From an uncultured delta proteobacterium (GTDB lineage: Bacteria; Myxococcota; B64-G9): a stretch of 64,000 nucleotides of DNA. Every line of letters begins with the position of its first letter. The stretch's first letter is position 1. The stretch covers positions 128,001 through 192,000 of the forward strand of contig CAVWHX010000001.1 of assembly GCA_963754925.1 (NCBI GenBank), given 5' to 3'. Both the position numbers and the translations under genes were made by a program. Below, one piece after another: positions 19,940 to 29,764 of the stretch. The notes beneath the pieces are model-generated. The model saw nothing but the letters and a program-made list of their open reading frames with translations, made no database searches and was not told the DNA's origin.

Positions 19940-20243
19940 CCCCCACTTCGCAAACCTTACCAACGTCGGGAGCCACGCTCCACGACGTTTTATCCTCCTC
20001 ATGAAAACTGAATTTCTGGATTTTTATTTTTCAGTTGACATTCTATCCTCCGAACTGATTGGATGATCAAATGTAACGCCAATTTTCAGAAGATGTTGTT
20101 GGAAATAACGAGTGCAAAGGGATTACACAATCACTTGAATTTTCTGTATGCTATTCCCTTGTCTTTCGCAAACGGCCGGAGACAACATGATAGAGTTAAT
20201 GTAGTTTTTCATGAATATAAAAATCAACCAAGGAGGATGGAAA

Positions 20244-22121
20244 ATGCGACGACTAATTCAGAAGGCCATGGTACTGGGTATTATCGGCATATCGATTTTC
20301 ATCTTTCCTGGTATGACCGTGAATGGCTGCTATGACCCAACCGGGCCCATACCCAAGGCAACGGTAGCACCGGCGCCGCTTGCTTGGACCGATCAACAAG
20401 TTGACGACCTCGTCATCATGGAGCAACCGTCCATCTATTCGCCGGCCCCGCACAACGAAACTGCAGCGCCGTGGGAATGTGATTACATTAAGTTCCTGCG
20501 CTTTAGGCTCAAGGATTCCAGCACCGGGACCGACGACAAAGATGCCATGCTCCTGATGGTGCCGGGACTGCTGGAAGGCGCCAACGGTTTTGAATATATC
20601 GGCCGTCAGCTGGTCTATGTGGCCAAGCAGGAATACAACCTCAATGTGGAAGTCTGGGCCATGGACCGCCGCAACAACTGCTTGGAGGATCTAACCGGGT
20701 TTGAGGCCGCCGCAGCAGCCGCCACGGCAGACGACGCGATGAAAATCTATGTAGATTACTATTACGGTGGAGTCGCCATAAACGGCCAAACATTTAAAGG
20801 CTTTCTGACCAGTAGCGATACGCCCTATCTCTCCGAATTCGGTTTGAAGATGGATACCGAGGACATGTACGCGATCATCCAGACCATGGTTCCCGACCCT
20901 GCTGTTCGGAAGAAGAGGGTTTTTGTCGGCGGCCATTCGATGGGAGGCATGCATGCATCCCTATTCGCCGGTTGGGACCTGGACGGTGATCCCAACACCC
21001 TTGACGACGCGGGCTATATGAACTGCGCCGGTATGTTTGCGCTGGATTCCTCGGTCTCTCCAATGACCAGTATGCTGGAGCCGGTCCTGGCGCCCTATCT
21101 CCAGGGCATGCCGCAAATAGTTGTGGACTTCGCGAACAGTCTAACGGAAGTCCTCTATGCCAGCGTATTGAGCGCGCTACGCACTGATTTGATTCCACGC
21201 TTTGTCACCCCCGCGCTGGCCGACTCCATGATGGGAACGCCGCTTGGTCCCGAGGCCATGGCGTTAATTCAAGCGCAGGGTATGGCAGCGCGTATGGCCC
21301 CGGACGAAGAAAGCACGCTGCTCAATCAAATGCCCATATCGGCGGATTTAAAGAAGATGTTAGATCAGTATCAATCCCGTACGATGGAACAATATAATAC
21401 CGGGATTCCGTCTATTCACGATTTCCACCTTACGAACGAAGCCTTGCTGGGCGTAATTTTCGATAATAACTTCACTCAAATTCCCATGATAAGAATGGGG
21501 CTGGGATTCCTGGTGGGCGGGCCGGTGGCCGAGAAAGACAAGGATGTCCTGGACATGCTCTACGGAGGTGACTCGACTGGCCGTAATCCTTTGTATGCGC
21601 CTACGGACGCCGGTCCGGACCTGTTGCATCTCGGACAAGGGCCGTTATATCGCTGGGCCACATTTGATGAAGTCGCGAACGCAACGAGCCCCAATTTCAC
21701 GGATACGACCGGCGCGGTCACCTATACCACCATGGTGGGAGAAATGAGCAACATCCAAGATCTGGCGCGGGCTTCGTACATCGGGCCTTCCAACCTGGTG
21801 GAATGGTATTTCTCGGTGCGGAGGGTTGTCGACCTCATGGCCCTGGCCATGCCCTATGCGCAAAAATACGGCATCAACTATCTGCATGCCGACAAAAATT
21901 CGAGCCTTCCTAGAATTGTGTTCACGTCAGCGGCGCATGATTTTGGCTCCATGGCTCCGCCTATTGCCCCCGATCCCAACGCCATCGATGTTCCCGGGTA
22001 CAGCCACATGGATCCGATGTTTGCCTCCGCCAATACGCCCACCCACCGCAAAAACGACGTCATATATCCCCTGATTGAGTTTGTGCGGGACACTATCAAC
22101 GGTGAATTTATCAACGAGTAG
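20244..22121 (+). CDS. Secreted or membrane-anchored alpha/beta hydrolase-fold protein
   Basis: AAGGAGG RBS; N-terminal hydrophobic helix; LMVPGLLEG, WAMDRRNN, GGHSMGG, GYSHMD. Confidence 0.8.
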   Translation: MRRLIQKAMVLGIIGISIFIFPGMTVNGCYDPTGPIPKATVAPAPLAWTDQQVDDLVIMEQPSIYSPAPHNETAAPWECDYIKFLRFRLKDSSTGTDDKDAMLLMVPGLLEGANGFEYIGRQLVYVAKQEYNLNVEVWAMDRRNNCLEDLTGFEAAAAAATADDAMKIYVDYYYGGVAINGQTFKGFLTSSDTPYLSEFGLKMDTEDMYAIIQTMVPDPAVRKKRVFVGGHSMGGMHASLFAGWDLDGDPNTLDDAGYMNCAGMFALDSSVSPMTSMLEPVLAPYLQGMPQIVVDFANSLTEVLYASVLSALRTDLIPRFVTPALADSMMGTPLGPEAMALIQAQGMAARMAPDEESTLLNQMPISADLKKMLDQYQSRTMEQYNTGIPSIHDFHLTNEALLGVIFDNNFTQIPMIRMGLGFLVGGPVAEKDKDVLDMLYGGDSTGRNPLYAPTDAGPDLLHLGQGPLYRWATFDEVANATSPNFTDTTGAVTYTTMVGEMSNIQDLARASYIGPSNLVEWYFSVRRVVDLMALAMPYAQKYGINYLHADKNSSLPRIVFTSAAHDFGSMAPPIAPDPNAIDVPGYSHMDPMFASANTPTHRKNDVIYPLIEFVRDTINGEFINE

Positions 22122-22202
22122 GTGCTCCCACCACCATCGTCCCAATCTGTTACAACTATTGACTACGCAACGCGTTACAAGTTAACGTTACGCCGGATTT
22201 CT

Positions 22203-22311
22203 GAGCCCGTTAGCGAACGCAGTGAGGTTACGGGGTCTTATCCCTTTAGGGGTTAGAGCCCGTTAGCGAACGCAGTGAGGTTACGGGGTCTTATCCCTTT
22301 AGGGGTTAGAG
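22203..22311. repeat. Two perfect tandem copies of a 53-bp family B hairpin element
   Basis: GAGCCCGTTAGCGAACGCAGTGAGGTTACGGGGTCTTATCCCTTTAGGGGTTA x2. Confidence 0.9.
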
Positions 22312-22318
22312 GTCGCCC

Positions 22319-23602
22319 ATGAAGCTCGTCGTCGGCAAATCGGCACTCAAGGGAACGGTGGCCATCCCAGCATCCAAGTCGCACACCATACGCGCGGTGG
22401 CGATTGCCTCGCTCGCCGAGGGACGAAGCGTTATCCGCAACCCCTTGCTCTCGGGCGACACCCAAAGCGCGGTCGAGTGCTATCGCGCCTTGGGTGCGAG
22501 GATTGACACCAGCGACGCCAGGGCGTGGAAGGTCGAGGGAACCGGTGGTCGCCTGACTGCGCCCGCCCAAACCATCGACGTCGGCAACAGCGGCACCACC
22601 TTGCGCATCGCGGTCTCGTCCGCAGCGCTGGCGGCAGGCTCCCGAACCATTCGATTGACCGGAGACGAGCAAATTCAAAGCCGTCCGATCGGGCCGCTGC
22701 TCGGCGCCCTCAACGATCTCGGAGCCCGGGCGGTGTCGGATAAAAACAACGATAAAGCGCCGGTCAGCGTGAGCGGTGCTCTCAGAGGCGGCACAACGCG
22801 TATCGAGTGCAAGACCAGCCAGTACTTGACGAGCCTGCTTCTGGCCGCGCCGCTCACGCCAGACGACACCGAGATCGAGGTGACCTTGCTCAACGAGCCT
22901 GACTACGCGCGGATGACCCTGGATTGGCTCGATAAACAGGGCATACGGTACGAGCGCGAACAAATGCGCCGTTTCAAGATCTACGGCAGGCAGCGGTACC
23001 GGCCTTTTGATTTGCCGATACCGGCCGACTTCTCCAGCGCTACGTTCTTCCTCTGCGCGGGCGCCATCCTGGACGCTGACATTACCCTGACCGGGCTCGA
23101 TTTCACAGACAGCCAGCCGGACAAGGCGGTGGCCGACTACTTAAAGCGTATGGGCGCCGACATCAGCGTACAGAGCGACGCCGTGCGCGTCCGCGGCTCG
23201 CGCTTGCAGGGCGTAGACATCGATATGAACAAGACGCCGGACGCTCTGCCGGCCATGGCCGTTACGGGCGCCTTTGCTCGCGGCGAGACCCGGCTGCTCA
23301 ATGTGCCGCAAGCACGGATCAAGGAAACCGACCGTATCGCCTGCATGGCGCAGCAGCTCGGTAAGCTCGGAGCTGCTGTAAAGGAATTACCTGATGGAAT
23401 GGTAATACGTCACTCGCCGAACCTGCGCCCGACCGCCCTGCAAGGCATGTCCGATCATCGCATCGTTATGGCGCTCAGCCTGGCCTTAATGGCTTTACCA
23501 GGTGAGGGCAGCGTCGATACCGCCGAGGCCGTCCGCGTGACTTTTCCGGAATACGTCGAGCTGATGAAAAGCATCGGCGCCAGGATGGAGTTGAGAGACT
23601 AA
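22319..23602 (+). CDS. aroA: 3-phosphoshikimate 1-carboxyvinyltransferase (EPSP synthase)
   Basis: PASKSHTIRA, DVGNSGTTLR, SQYLTSLLLA, RIKETDRI, DHRIVMA. Confidence 0.97.
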   Translation: MKLVVGKSALKGTVAIPASKSHTIRAVAIASLAEGRSVIRNPLLSGDTQSAVECYRALGARIDTSDARAWKVEGTGGRLTAPAQTIDVGNSGTTLRIAVSSAALAAGSRTIRLTGDEQIQSRPIGPLLGALNDLGARAVSDKNNDKAPVSVSGALRGGTTRIECKTSQYLTSLLLAAPLTPDDTEIEVTLLNEPDYARMTLDWLDKQGIRYEREQMRRFKIYGRQRYRPFDLPIPADFSSATFFLCAGAILDADITLTGLDFTDSQPDKAVADYLKRMGADISVQSDAVRVRGSRLQGVDIDMNKTPDALPAMAVTGAFARGETRLLNVPQARIKETDRIACMAQQLGKLGAAVKELPDGMVIRHSPNLRPTALQGMSDHRIVMALSLALMALPGEGSVDTAEAVRVTFPEYVELMKSIGARMELRD

Positions 23603-23623
23603 GAGTTGAGGGAAGTCGTGCCC

Positions 23624-23893
23624 TCAACCGTTGAGGAAGTAGACGTCCGGTTTATCCACGACGCCGTCTTTCTGCATCTCTTCTCTCAAGTCCGCTGACT
23701 CGGCAAAGGCCTGTGCGCGTTTGAGATCCGATGCCTCAAAAAAGAGAATGACTTCGTTCGGGTCGTTGGCTCCCCGGAGAAGGTATTTCTCCTTGAGTCC
23801 TGCCGCAACGCGTTTTGGGAGGTGAACGTCGTATCCGCGTTTCCATTCCGAGAAATCTTTAACTTTGTGCCTAACAAAAACGTAACTGGTCAT
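23624..23893 (-). CDS. Small ABM-like / 'cyclase' family protein
   Basis: VRHKVKDFSEWKRGYD...DPNEV...LREEMQKDGV; GGAGG RBS. Confidence 0.8.
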   Translation of the reverse strand: MTSYVFVRHKVKDFSEWKRGYDVHLPKRVAAGLKEKYLLRGANDPNEVILFFEASDLKRAQAFAESADLREEMQKDGVVDKPDVYFLNG

Positions 23894-23988
23894 GGCGATC
23901 CTCCGTTCAGCAAATGAGAGATATACTAAAGACTATGGGTGTTGCCGTTTCATGCGATCCGCTCGGTCGTTTCACATTATTTTTTTTG

Positions 23989-24033
23989 AGCAATCGTCGT
24001 GCCATTTTCGATCTCTTCCGTAACTATTTGATA
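23989..24033 (-). promoter_or_regulatory. Sigma54 promoter with upstream IHF site
   Basis: TGGCAC-GACGA-TTGCT (24004-23989); TATCAAATAGTTA matching WATCAANNNNTTR (24033-24021). Confidence 0.75.
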
Positions 24034-24332
24034 TTTCAATAGTCAGATAGAAACAGCATGAAGTCGGCGCCCACGAACATCATTAAAAATGAACGAGCAT
24101 GGATCAAAATGAGTGGGTCACAATGCGGCAACGGTGTGGAGCGGGACTAGCAATCGGAAATTTCCTTGCCGATGATGAACAAGACAGGGAGTAGTTCTTA
24201 ATACCGGACAATCATTGACTCAGTAGTGCGTTGGGAGTTATAAAACCAGACTCCAGAAGGCGCCGTTGAAAAAACGGTCGTATATATTTCAACCTTTGAG
24301 TTACGAAAACCTTATTCCGGGAGATAGACAAG

Positions 24333-25676
24333 ATGTTTGGGTGCCACATCGGACGTTGCTTTCAAGTTACCATCGCCGGCGGCTCCTACCAGGAGGGCTT
24401 GACCTCGGTGCTGCAGGGTCTGCCGCCCGATATGCTGCTCACCGAGCAGGAGATCTACGCCGATCTGCTGCTTCGCAAACCGGGCGCGGACGAGCTTTCC
24501 AGCCCGCGGCTCGAGCCTGATTTACCTATCATTTACAGCGGCGTGAACGCCGCGGACACCATCGAGGGAGCGGGCAACGCCAATCACACCAACGGCACAC
24601 CGCTGACCATTCTTATCCCCAACCTGGACCGGCATTTCGTCCATATCAAGCAATACCAGGACACCAACCGCACGCCGCGGCCAGGGCACGCTTCCTACGC
24701 TTCGTTCGTGAAGTACGGGCCGGCCGACGACGCCATCGGCGCCGGCTTTTTCAGCGGCCGGTACACCGCAACCATCGTGGCCGCGGGCTCGGTCGCCAAA
24801 AAGGTGCTGCGCAAACTCGGCATCGAGGTCTTCGCCTACGTCAAAGAAGGCGCGGGGGTTCGCTGCCCGGACCTTGGCCACGAGCAGATCTTCCGGTACG
24901 TGCAGAGCTATCGGCAGATGCGCCGCGACTTGGATCCCTTCTATCAGAATATCTATGTGCAAAAGCGCATTACCCCGGAAATGCGCTTTTTAGAAAAGAC
25001 CAAGATCTTAGCCGAAGTAGAGCAGCAGATATCCCAAATACGAGCGAAGGCCCCTAGCATGCCGGCCGAACGGATCCGGGAGCAGTATCAGGTGCATCCG
25101 GTATTGAATTGCCCTGATTTGAAGGCCGCCAATGCCATCGTGGAGGCCTGTAACCGCATCATGCACACCGGCGACTCCTCCGGAGGAGTGGTGGAAGTGA
25201 TCGTCACCGGAGCGCCCGTAGGGTTGGGTGAGCCCATGTTCTATAAGTTGGACGGGGAGCTCGGGCGCATGCTCGGGATCGGCGCGGTAAAGTGCGTGGA
25301 GGTCGGCTCCGGACACGCGGCCAAGGACATGGTCGGAAGCCAAAGCAACGACCAGATGCGGCAAGTAAACGGCAAGCTCGTCTTCGACTCCAACAACGCG
25401 GGCGGCATCACCGGGGGGCTGACCACGGGCCAGGCCATTATCGCGCGGCTTACGGTCAAGCCCACGCCCACCATCGATAAAGAGCAGCATACCGTGGATA
25501 AATACACTCTGGATAACAAGATGCTGTCCGCTATCACCCGCAGAGATCCCACCATCGTGGCCCGCATCTGGCCGGTAGCCGAAGCCTACACCGCCATCCT
25601 GCTTCTCGATCACCTCATCGCTCACCTCGGCTACCAGTCGTTGAAAAAGCAAACGGCGGAGAGCGTGGTACCATGA
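24333..25676 (+). CDS. aroC: Chorismate synthase, divergent, with large insertion
   Basis: TNGTPL, PRPGHA, GDSSGGVVE, PVGLGEPMFYKLDG, AVKCVEVGSG, SNNAGGITGG, KPTPTI. Confidence 0.88.
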   Translation: MFGCHIGRCFQVTIAGGSYQEGLTSVLQGLPPDMLLTEQEIYADLLLRKPGADELSSPRLEPDLPIIYSGVNAADTIEGAGNANHTNGTPLTILIPNLDRHFVHIKQYQDTNRTPRPGHASYASFVKYGPADDAIGAGFFSGRYTATIVAAGSVAKKVLRKLGIEVFAYVKEGAGVRCPDLGHEQIFRYVQSYRQMRRDLDPFYQNIYVQKRITPEMRFLEKTKILAEVEQQISQIRAKAPSMPAERIREQYQVHPVLNCPDLKAANAIVEACNRIMHTGDSSGGVVEVIVTGAPVGLGEPMFYKLDGELGRMLGIGAVKCVEVGSGHAAKDMVGSQSNDQMRQVNGKLVFDSNNAGGITGGLTTGQAIIARLTVKPTPTIDKEQHTVDKYTLDNKMLSAITRRDPTIVARIWPVAEAYTAILLLDHLIAHLGYQSLKKQTAESVVP

Positions 25677-26443
25677 CCTTTCCTTTCAACATCGAAAAGC
25701 TTCCGGGACTGGATACCATAGCGGCTCATCTGGAGGGGCTGGAGGAAACCATCATCTCCAAGCTCATAGACCGGGCGCAGTTCGCGCAAAACCTGGTCGT
25801 CTACGAGCAAGGCAAGAGCGGCTTTACGGGCGCTGGTGCTCGTAGCCTGTTTGATCTCAGGCTGCTCCGCCACGAGCAGATGGACGCCGAGTTCGGTAGG
25901 TTTTGCGCCCCCGAGGAGCGCCCGTATTTCAGGGATTTGCCCCCCTCCAAACGCATAACGCCGCCCGTGCCCGGATTCCTGGCCGTAGAGGATTTCGACC
26001 GCATCAATATGTCAGAGCGCATCGTCGCCGCCTACCAGTCCCTGATCCCGGAGATATGTGCTCCGGGTGACGACGGACACTACGGCTCTTCCACCGAGCA
26101 CGACGTGTTCGCGGTGCAGGCTATCGGGCGCCGCGTGCATTTCGGAGCGCTTTACGTGGCCGAGAGTAAGTACGTATCCGATCGAGCTGCGTACGACGTT
26201 CTCATCGACGCCCGCGACAGCGCTGGGCTCGAGCGCCTGCTCACCCGTCCGGAGGTTGAAGAGCGTATTCTGCTGAGAGTCGCCCAGAAAGTCGAGCACG
26301 TGCAGTCGCAGATAAACCCTGCCGTTCGCAGGCGCATCCCGCCCGAGGCCGTGCTCGGCTTCTACCGCGCGCACGTCATTCCGCTCACCAAGCAGGGCGA
26401 GACAGCCTATCTGTTGCACCGACGGCGAACGGGCGGGCGATAG
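25673..26443 (+). CDS. Chorismate mutase, eukaryotic (Aro7 / AroQ-beta) type
   Basis: LEETIISKLIDRAQF, GRFCAPEERPYF, DDGHYGSS, RRVHFG..VAESKY, VIPLTKQGETAYLLHR match yeast/plant CM motifs; ATGA overlap with aroC. Confidence 0.88.
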   Translation: MTFPFNIEKLPGLDTIAAHLEGLEETIISKLIDRAQFAQNLVVYEQGKSGFTGAGARSLFDLRLLRHEQMDAEFGRFCAPEERPYFRDLPPSKRITPPVPGFLAVEDFDRINMSERIVAAYQSLIPEICAPGDDGHYGSSTEHDVFAVQAIGRRVHFGALYVAESKYVSDRAAYDVLIDARDSAGLERLLTRPEVEERILLRVAQKVEHVQSQINPAVRRRIPPEAVLGFYRAHVIPLTKQGETAYLLHRRRTGGR

Positions 26444-26571
26444 AATTTTTCCCTATCATTGCCAAAAAAGAATTCAGAGTTAGGTTAAGCCCTGAATTGA
26501 GAATACACGACGGGAAATCAAGGGCGTGAAGGAACTAAAAGTGCGTTTGTTTTTCCTATCCTTCGGTGATG

Positions 26572-28258
26572 TCACTTCTCTACTCTAGATACCTCCTCCT
26601 CACGTCAGGATCCGGCGCAGAGCCTTACCCACCGCCGTGCGCGGCAATGTGCTGCGGAATTCAAACTGCTTTGGAATCTTATAAGCCGCGAGCTTCTCTT
26701 TACAATACTTGATAAGTTCTTCTTCTGTTGCTGTTTCGCCGGGTTTTAGGACAAGAAAGGCTTTCAATGTCTCGCCGCGGTACTCATGTGGGATGCCCAC
26801 GCAGATCGCGTCTACTACCTTGGGATGACTAAGCAGCACCCGGTCGACCTCCTGAGGATAGATGTTGTATCCTCCCGCTATGACTAGATCCTTGGTGCGG
26901 TCTACTATAAAGACATATCCATCCTGGTCCATGTAGGCTACGTCGCCGGTATGCAGCCATCCGTCAACCAATTGTTTTGCGGTTTCCTCCGGATTGTTCC
27001 AGTAGCCCTTCATGACGTAAGGTCCCTTAATTCAGTATTTCGCCCGGGGTGCCCCGCGGCACGTTCTCTCCGCTCACGACATCCACGATTCGAATATCAA
27101 AATTGCAGATTGGTATGCCGGTGCTGTGTGGTTTTGTTATGCCATTTACCGGGGTGGATATTCCGACCGAGGTGGTTTCGCTCATACCCCAGCCCTCGCC
27201 GAACCAAACATGCATATCTTGGAGCTTTTCGAAAAGAGCAAGTGGAGCGGGAGCGCCTCCACAGGTGACGAGCTTAATCTTCTTGGACAGGTTCAACTCT
27301 TTGGCTTTTGGATGGTTGAAAATAGCCACGAGCATCGTTGGGACAGCCGCGAAATACGTGATTTCATCAAACTTGGACAAGGTATCAAATACCTCCTCCA
27401 TCTCAAAACGGGGCAAAATAATCTGGGTGGCCCCGCAGAATATGCTCCAGCCCATTTGGCAGACTTCGCCAAATACATGAAAATACGGCAGCACGCAGAA
27501 GCTGGTCCGTTTTTCGGCAGGGTATTCGGCGTGAAAATTGTTGCCCCAATGGAAAACCACGTGAATTGCAGCCACTATATTGGCGTGCGTTAGGACCGCA
27601 CCCTTGGGAACGCCGGTCGTGCCGCCGGTGAACTGAATCACGGCCATATCATCTCTGCCTACCTCCACGCGCGGCCTGACGTCATTGTCGCAGCCGTCGA
27701 GAAGCGTGGAGTAATGATGCCAGCCCTTCTCAAGCCCCAAAGATTCGGCCGTGCTCCGGGGTACACCCTTGATGAAATCGGTTATAGCGCTTACGATCAC
27801 ATGGGGTATCTTGGCCTGCGTGGCCAGATTTTTAATGCCGGAACAAGCCGGTCAAACGTGATCAGGCAAGTCATGCCGGTATTTTCGGTTATGAATTTGA
27901 GCTCATCAACCGTGTACATGGGGTTCATGTTGGTGACGACCGCGCCGATGGTAAGCGCAGCCCAGAAGGAGATAACGAACTGGGGCGAGTTCGGCAGGAG
28001 CAGTCCTACCCGGTCGCCTTTTTTCACTCCTAGTTGGATAAGGGCGTTGGCGAAGCGATTGACCGTGAGGTACAGATCCCAGAAGCTGGTTTCTGTTCCG
28101 TAAAACCAGAGAGCTGCCTTGTCAGGAAAGCGGCAGGCGGTATGGAAAAGGATCTGCGGAGCGTAAAACTGCGGGAAATTTATTTCCGGCGGCACCAGAT
28201 AATCATAATTTTTTACCCACGGCCTTTTTTTTATTAGATCGAATGGTACATCTTTCAT
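26572..28258 (-). pseudogene. Long-chain fatty acid--CoA ligase with three 1-nt indels (about 27832, 27031, 26605); pseudogene or read errors
   Basis: QFTGGTTGVPKG, EGWGMSET, MKGYWN, WLHTGD, DRTKD, LPRTAVGK spread over ORFs 27797-28258, 27027-27800, 26600-27013; repaired end RILREEEVSRVEK*. Confidence 0.85.
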
Positions 28259-28355
28259 GTTTCAACCCTCCGGTTACGATATTTATTATTCCACGATATT
28301 TTCTCTTACACTCTTTTTCAATTCTTTGATACGACGGCGAAAAGGCGGGCAGTAA

Positions 28356-29660
28356 CTACCGCCGCTCAGCGGTCACGGAAGTGCGCGCGTGCGCGTATTT
28401 CGACAGCAACCAGTCGAAAACGGTCGCCTGCCAGAGCGTGATTGCACCATCCTGACAATGTTCTTTGCCGCCCGATTCGGTGTCGTAAACGACCGTCGTC
28501 ACGCTCCGCGCGTGCGTCAGCGCTGCCTGAAATTGTGTGACCTGTTCGAGGGGGACGAATTGATCTTCGACACCGGCCAGAATCAACACGTCACCGCGAA
28601 TGTTCGCGGCCACGTCCTTGAGCGTGTACGCGTCGAAAGCTCCGGGGACTTCGCTGGGGGAACGGAGGCCCATGGTCCACATGGTGTTATTGATCGACCA
28701 TTCGATGCCTGGCATCGTCCACATTCCAATGCGCACGAGCCCGTCGGCAGCAACGCTGAATCCGTGTTTGTGCAGCCGGGTGATGATTCCCGAGAAGCGC
28801 GACTGGCTCCAGGCCGCGGCTGCCATATCGAACAAAACATCGAGCGCGACTACCCCGTCGATTCGTTCGTCAAACGCGGCGGCGCGCGGCGCAAGATAGC
28901 CGCCCATGCTCAATCCGAAGAGCACGATGCGCACGGGTGGGGGATGTGATTGAAGAAATGCGTCGAGTATCGCACCGGTTGGCCGCTCCCATTCGGGCGT
29001 AAACGTGAGGCCTTGCTCGCGAAGAACCAATCCCTGCCCCGGGCCTTCATAGACCAGCACGGAGTAGCCACGCTCAAGCGCTCCGGCCACGATCACAAAA
29101 TAAAGCTCTTCCATAGTCGAATCAAAACCGCCGCAGGCGACTATCAGCGGCTTAGTCTGTACGCCTTCATTTCCCGGAAAATAGAGAGCGTTCAGATGAT
29201 ACGCTCCGTAAGGTACTCGGATTCGCTCGTAGTGCACAGCCAGGGCATCCAGGCCTTCATAAAACGCGCGAACATTCTTTTCCCACGTTGCTGGACGACG
29301 CTGATCACCCGGTGCGAGCAAAAACTCCGCCGTGCGGTAGTAGTTGTGTGCTCGTAGCAATGCACGGCCGCGGCTTGTGGGATCAAGCGCCGCTCTCGCT
29401 CGTTCGGCGACACGATTGGCGGTTCGCTCCCAAGCCTCGAACCAACTGTTCGAATCGCCTGCGCGAATATGCTTTATCGTCTCGATGATTTCGCCAGTAT
29501 CAGCTCCGGCGTACGGAATTTCACCAAGAGCCCTTAGGGTCAAGTGATGATAGGTCTGATCCGTGAAATACCGCGAGCGACCAGTGTCAGATCGCATCCA
29601 CAAAAGAGCCGTGATGCCGATGACCAGCAATCCGAAAGCAACCCAAAGTCGACGCTTCAA
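28356..29660 (-). CDS. Alpha/beta hydrolase (FrsA / dihydroxypseudooxynicotine hydrolase-like) with N-terminal TM
   Basis: RAHNYYRTAEF, GGFDSTMEE, YEGPGQG, GLSMGGY, EHCQ; TTG start after GGAGG. Confidence 0.88.
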   Translation of the reverse strand: MKRRLWVAFGLLVIGITALLWMRSDTGRSRYFTDQTYHHLTLRALGEIPYAGADTGEIIETIKHIRAGDSNSWFEAWERTANRVAERARAALDPTSRGRALLRAHNYYRTAEFLLAPGDQRRPATWEKNVRAFYEGLDALAVHYERIRVPYGAYHLNALYFPGNEGVQTKPLIVACGGFDSTMEELYFVIVAGALERGYSVLVYEGPGQGLVLREQGLTFTPEWERPTGAILDAFLQSHPPPVRIVLFGLSMGGYLAPRAAAFDERIDGVVALDVLFDMAAAAWSQSRFSGIITRLHKHGFSVAADGLVRIGMWTMPGIEWSINNTMWTMGLRSPSEVPGAFDAYTLKDVAANIRGDVLILAGVEDQFVPLEQVTQFQAALTHARSVTTVVYDTESGGKEHCQDGAITLWQATVFDWLLSKYAHARTSVTAERR

Positions 29661-29764
29661 ATTCTTACTCCTCCAGAGATTGCGTATATAAAATAATCTA
29701 AGCTCACAAGTATATCTTGTGCATATCACAGGTGAGATGTCATGACACTAAGTGATTAACTAGT

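Noticed and set aside
19940..20243. Riboswitch or ncRNA in the long intergenic region
   Set aside because: No aptamer consensus or convincing terminator that I can identify by eye.
22203..22311. CRISPR array or attC pair
   Set aside because: Perfect tandem duplication without unique spacers; lacks RYYYAAC...GTTRRRY architecture.
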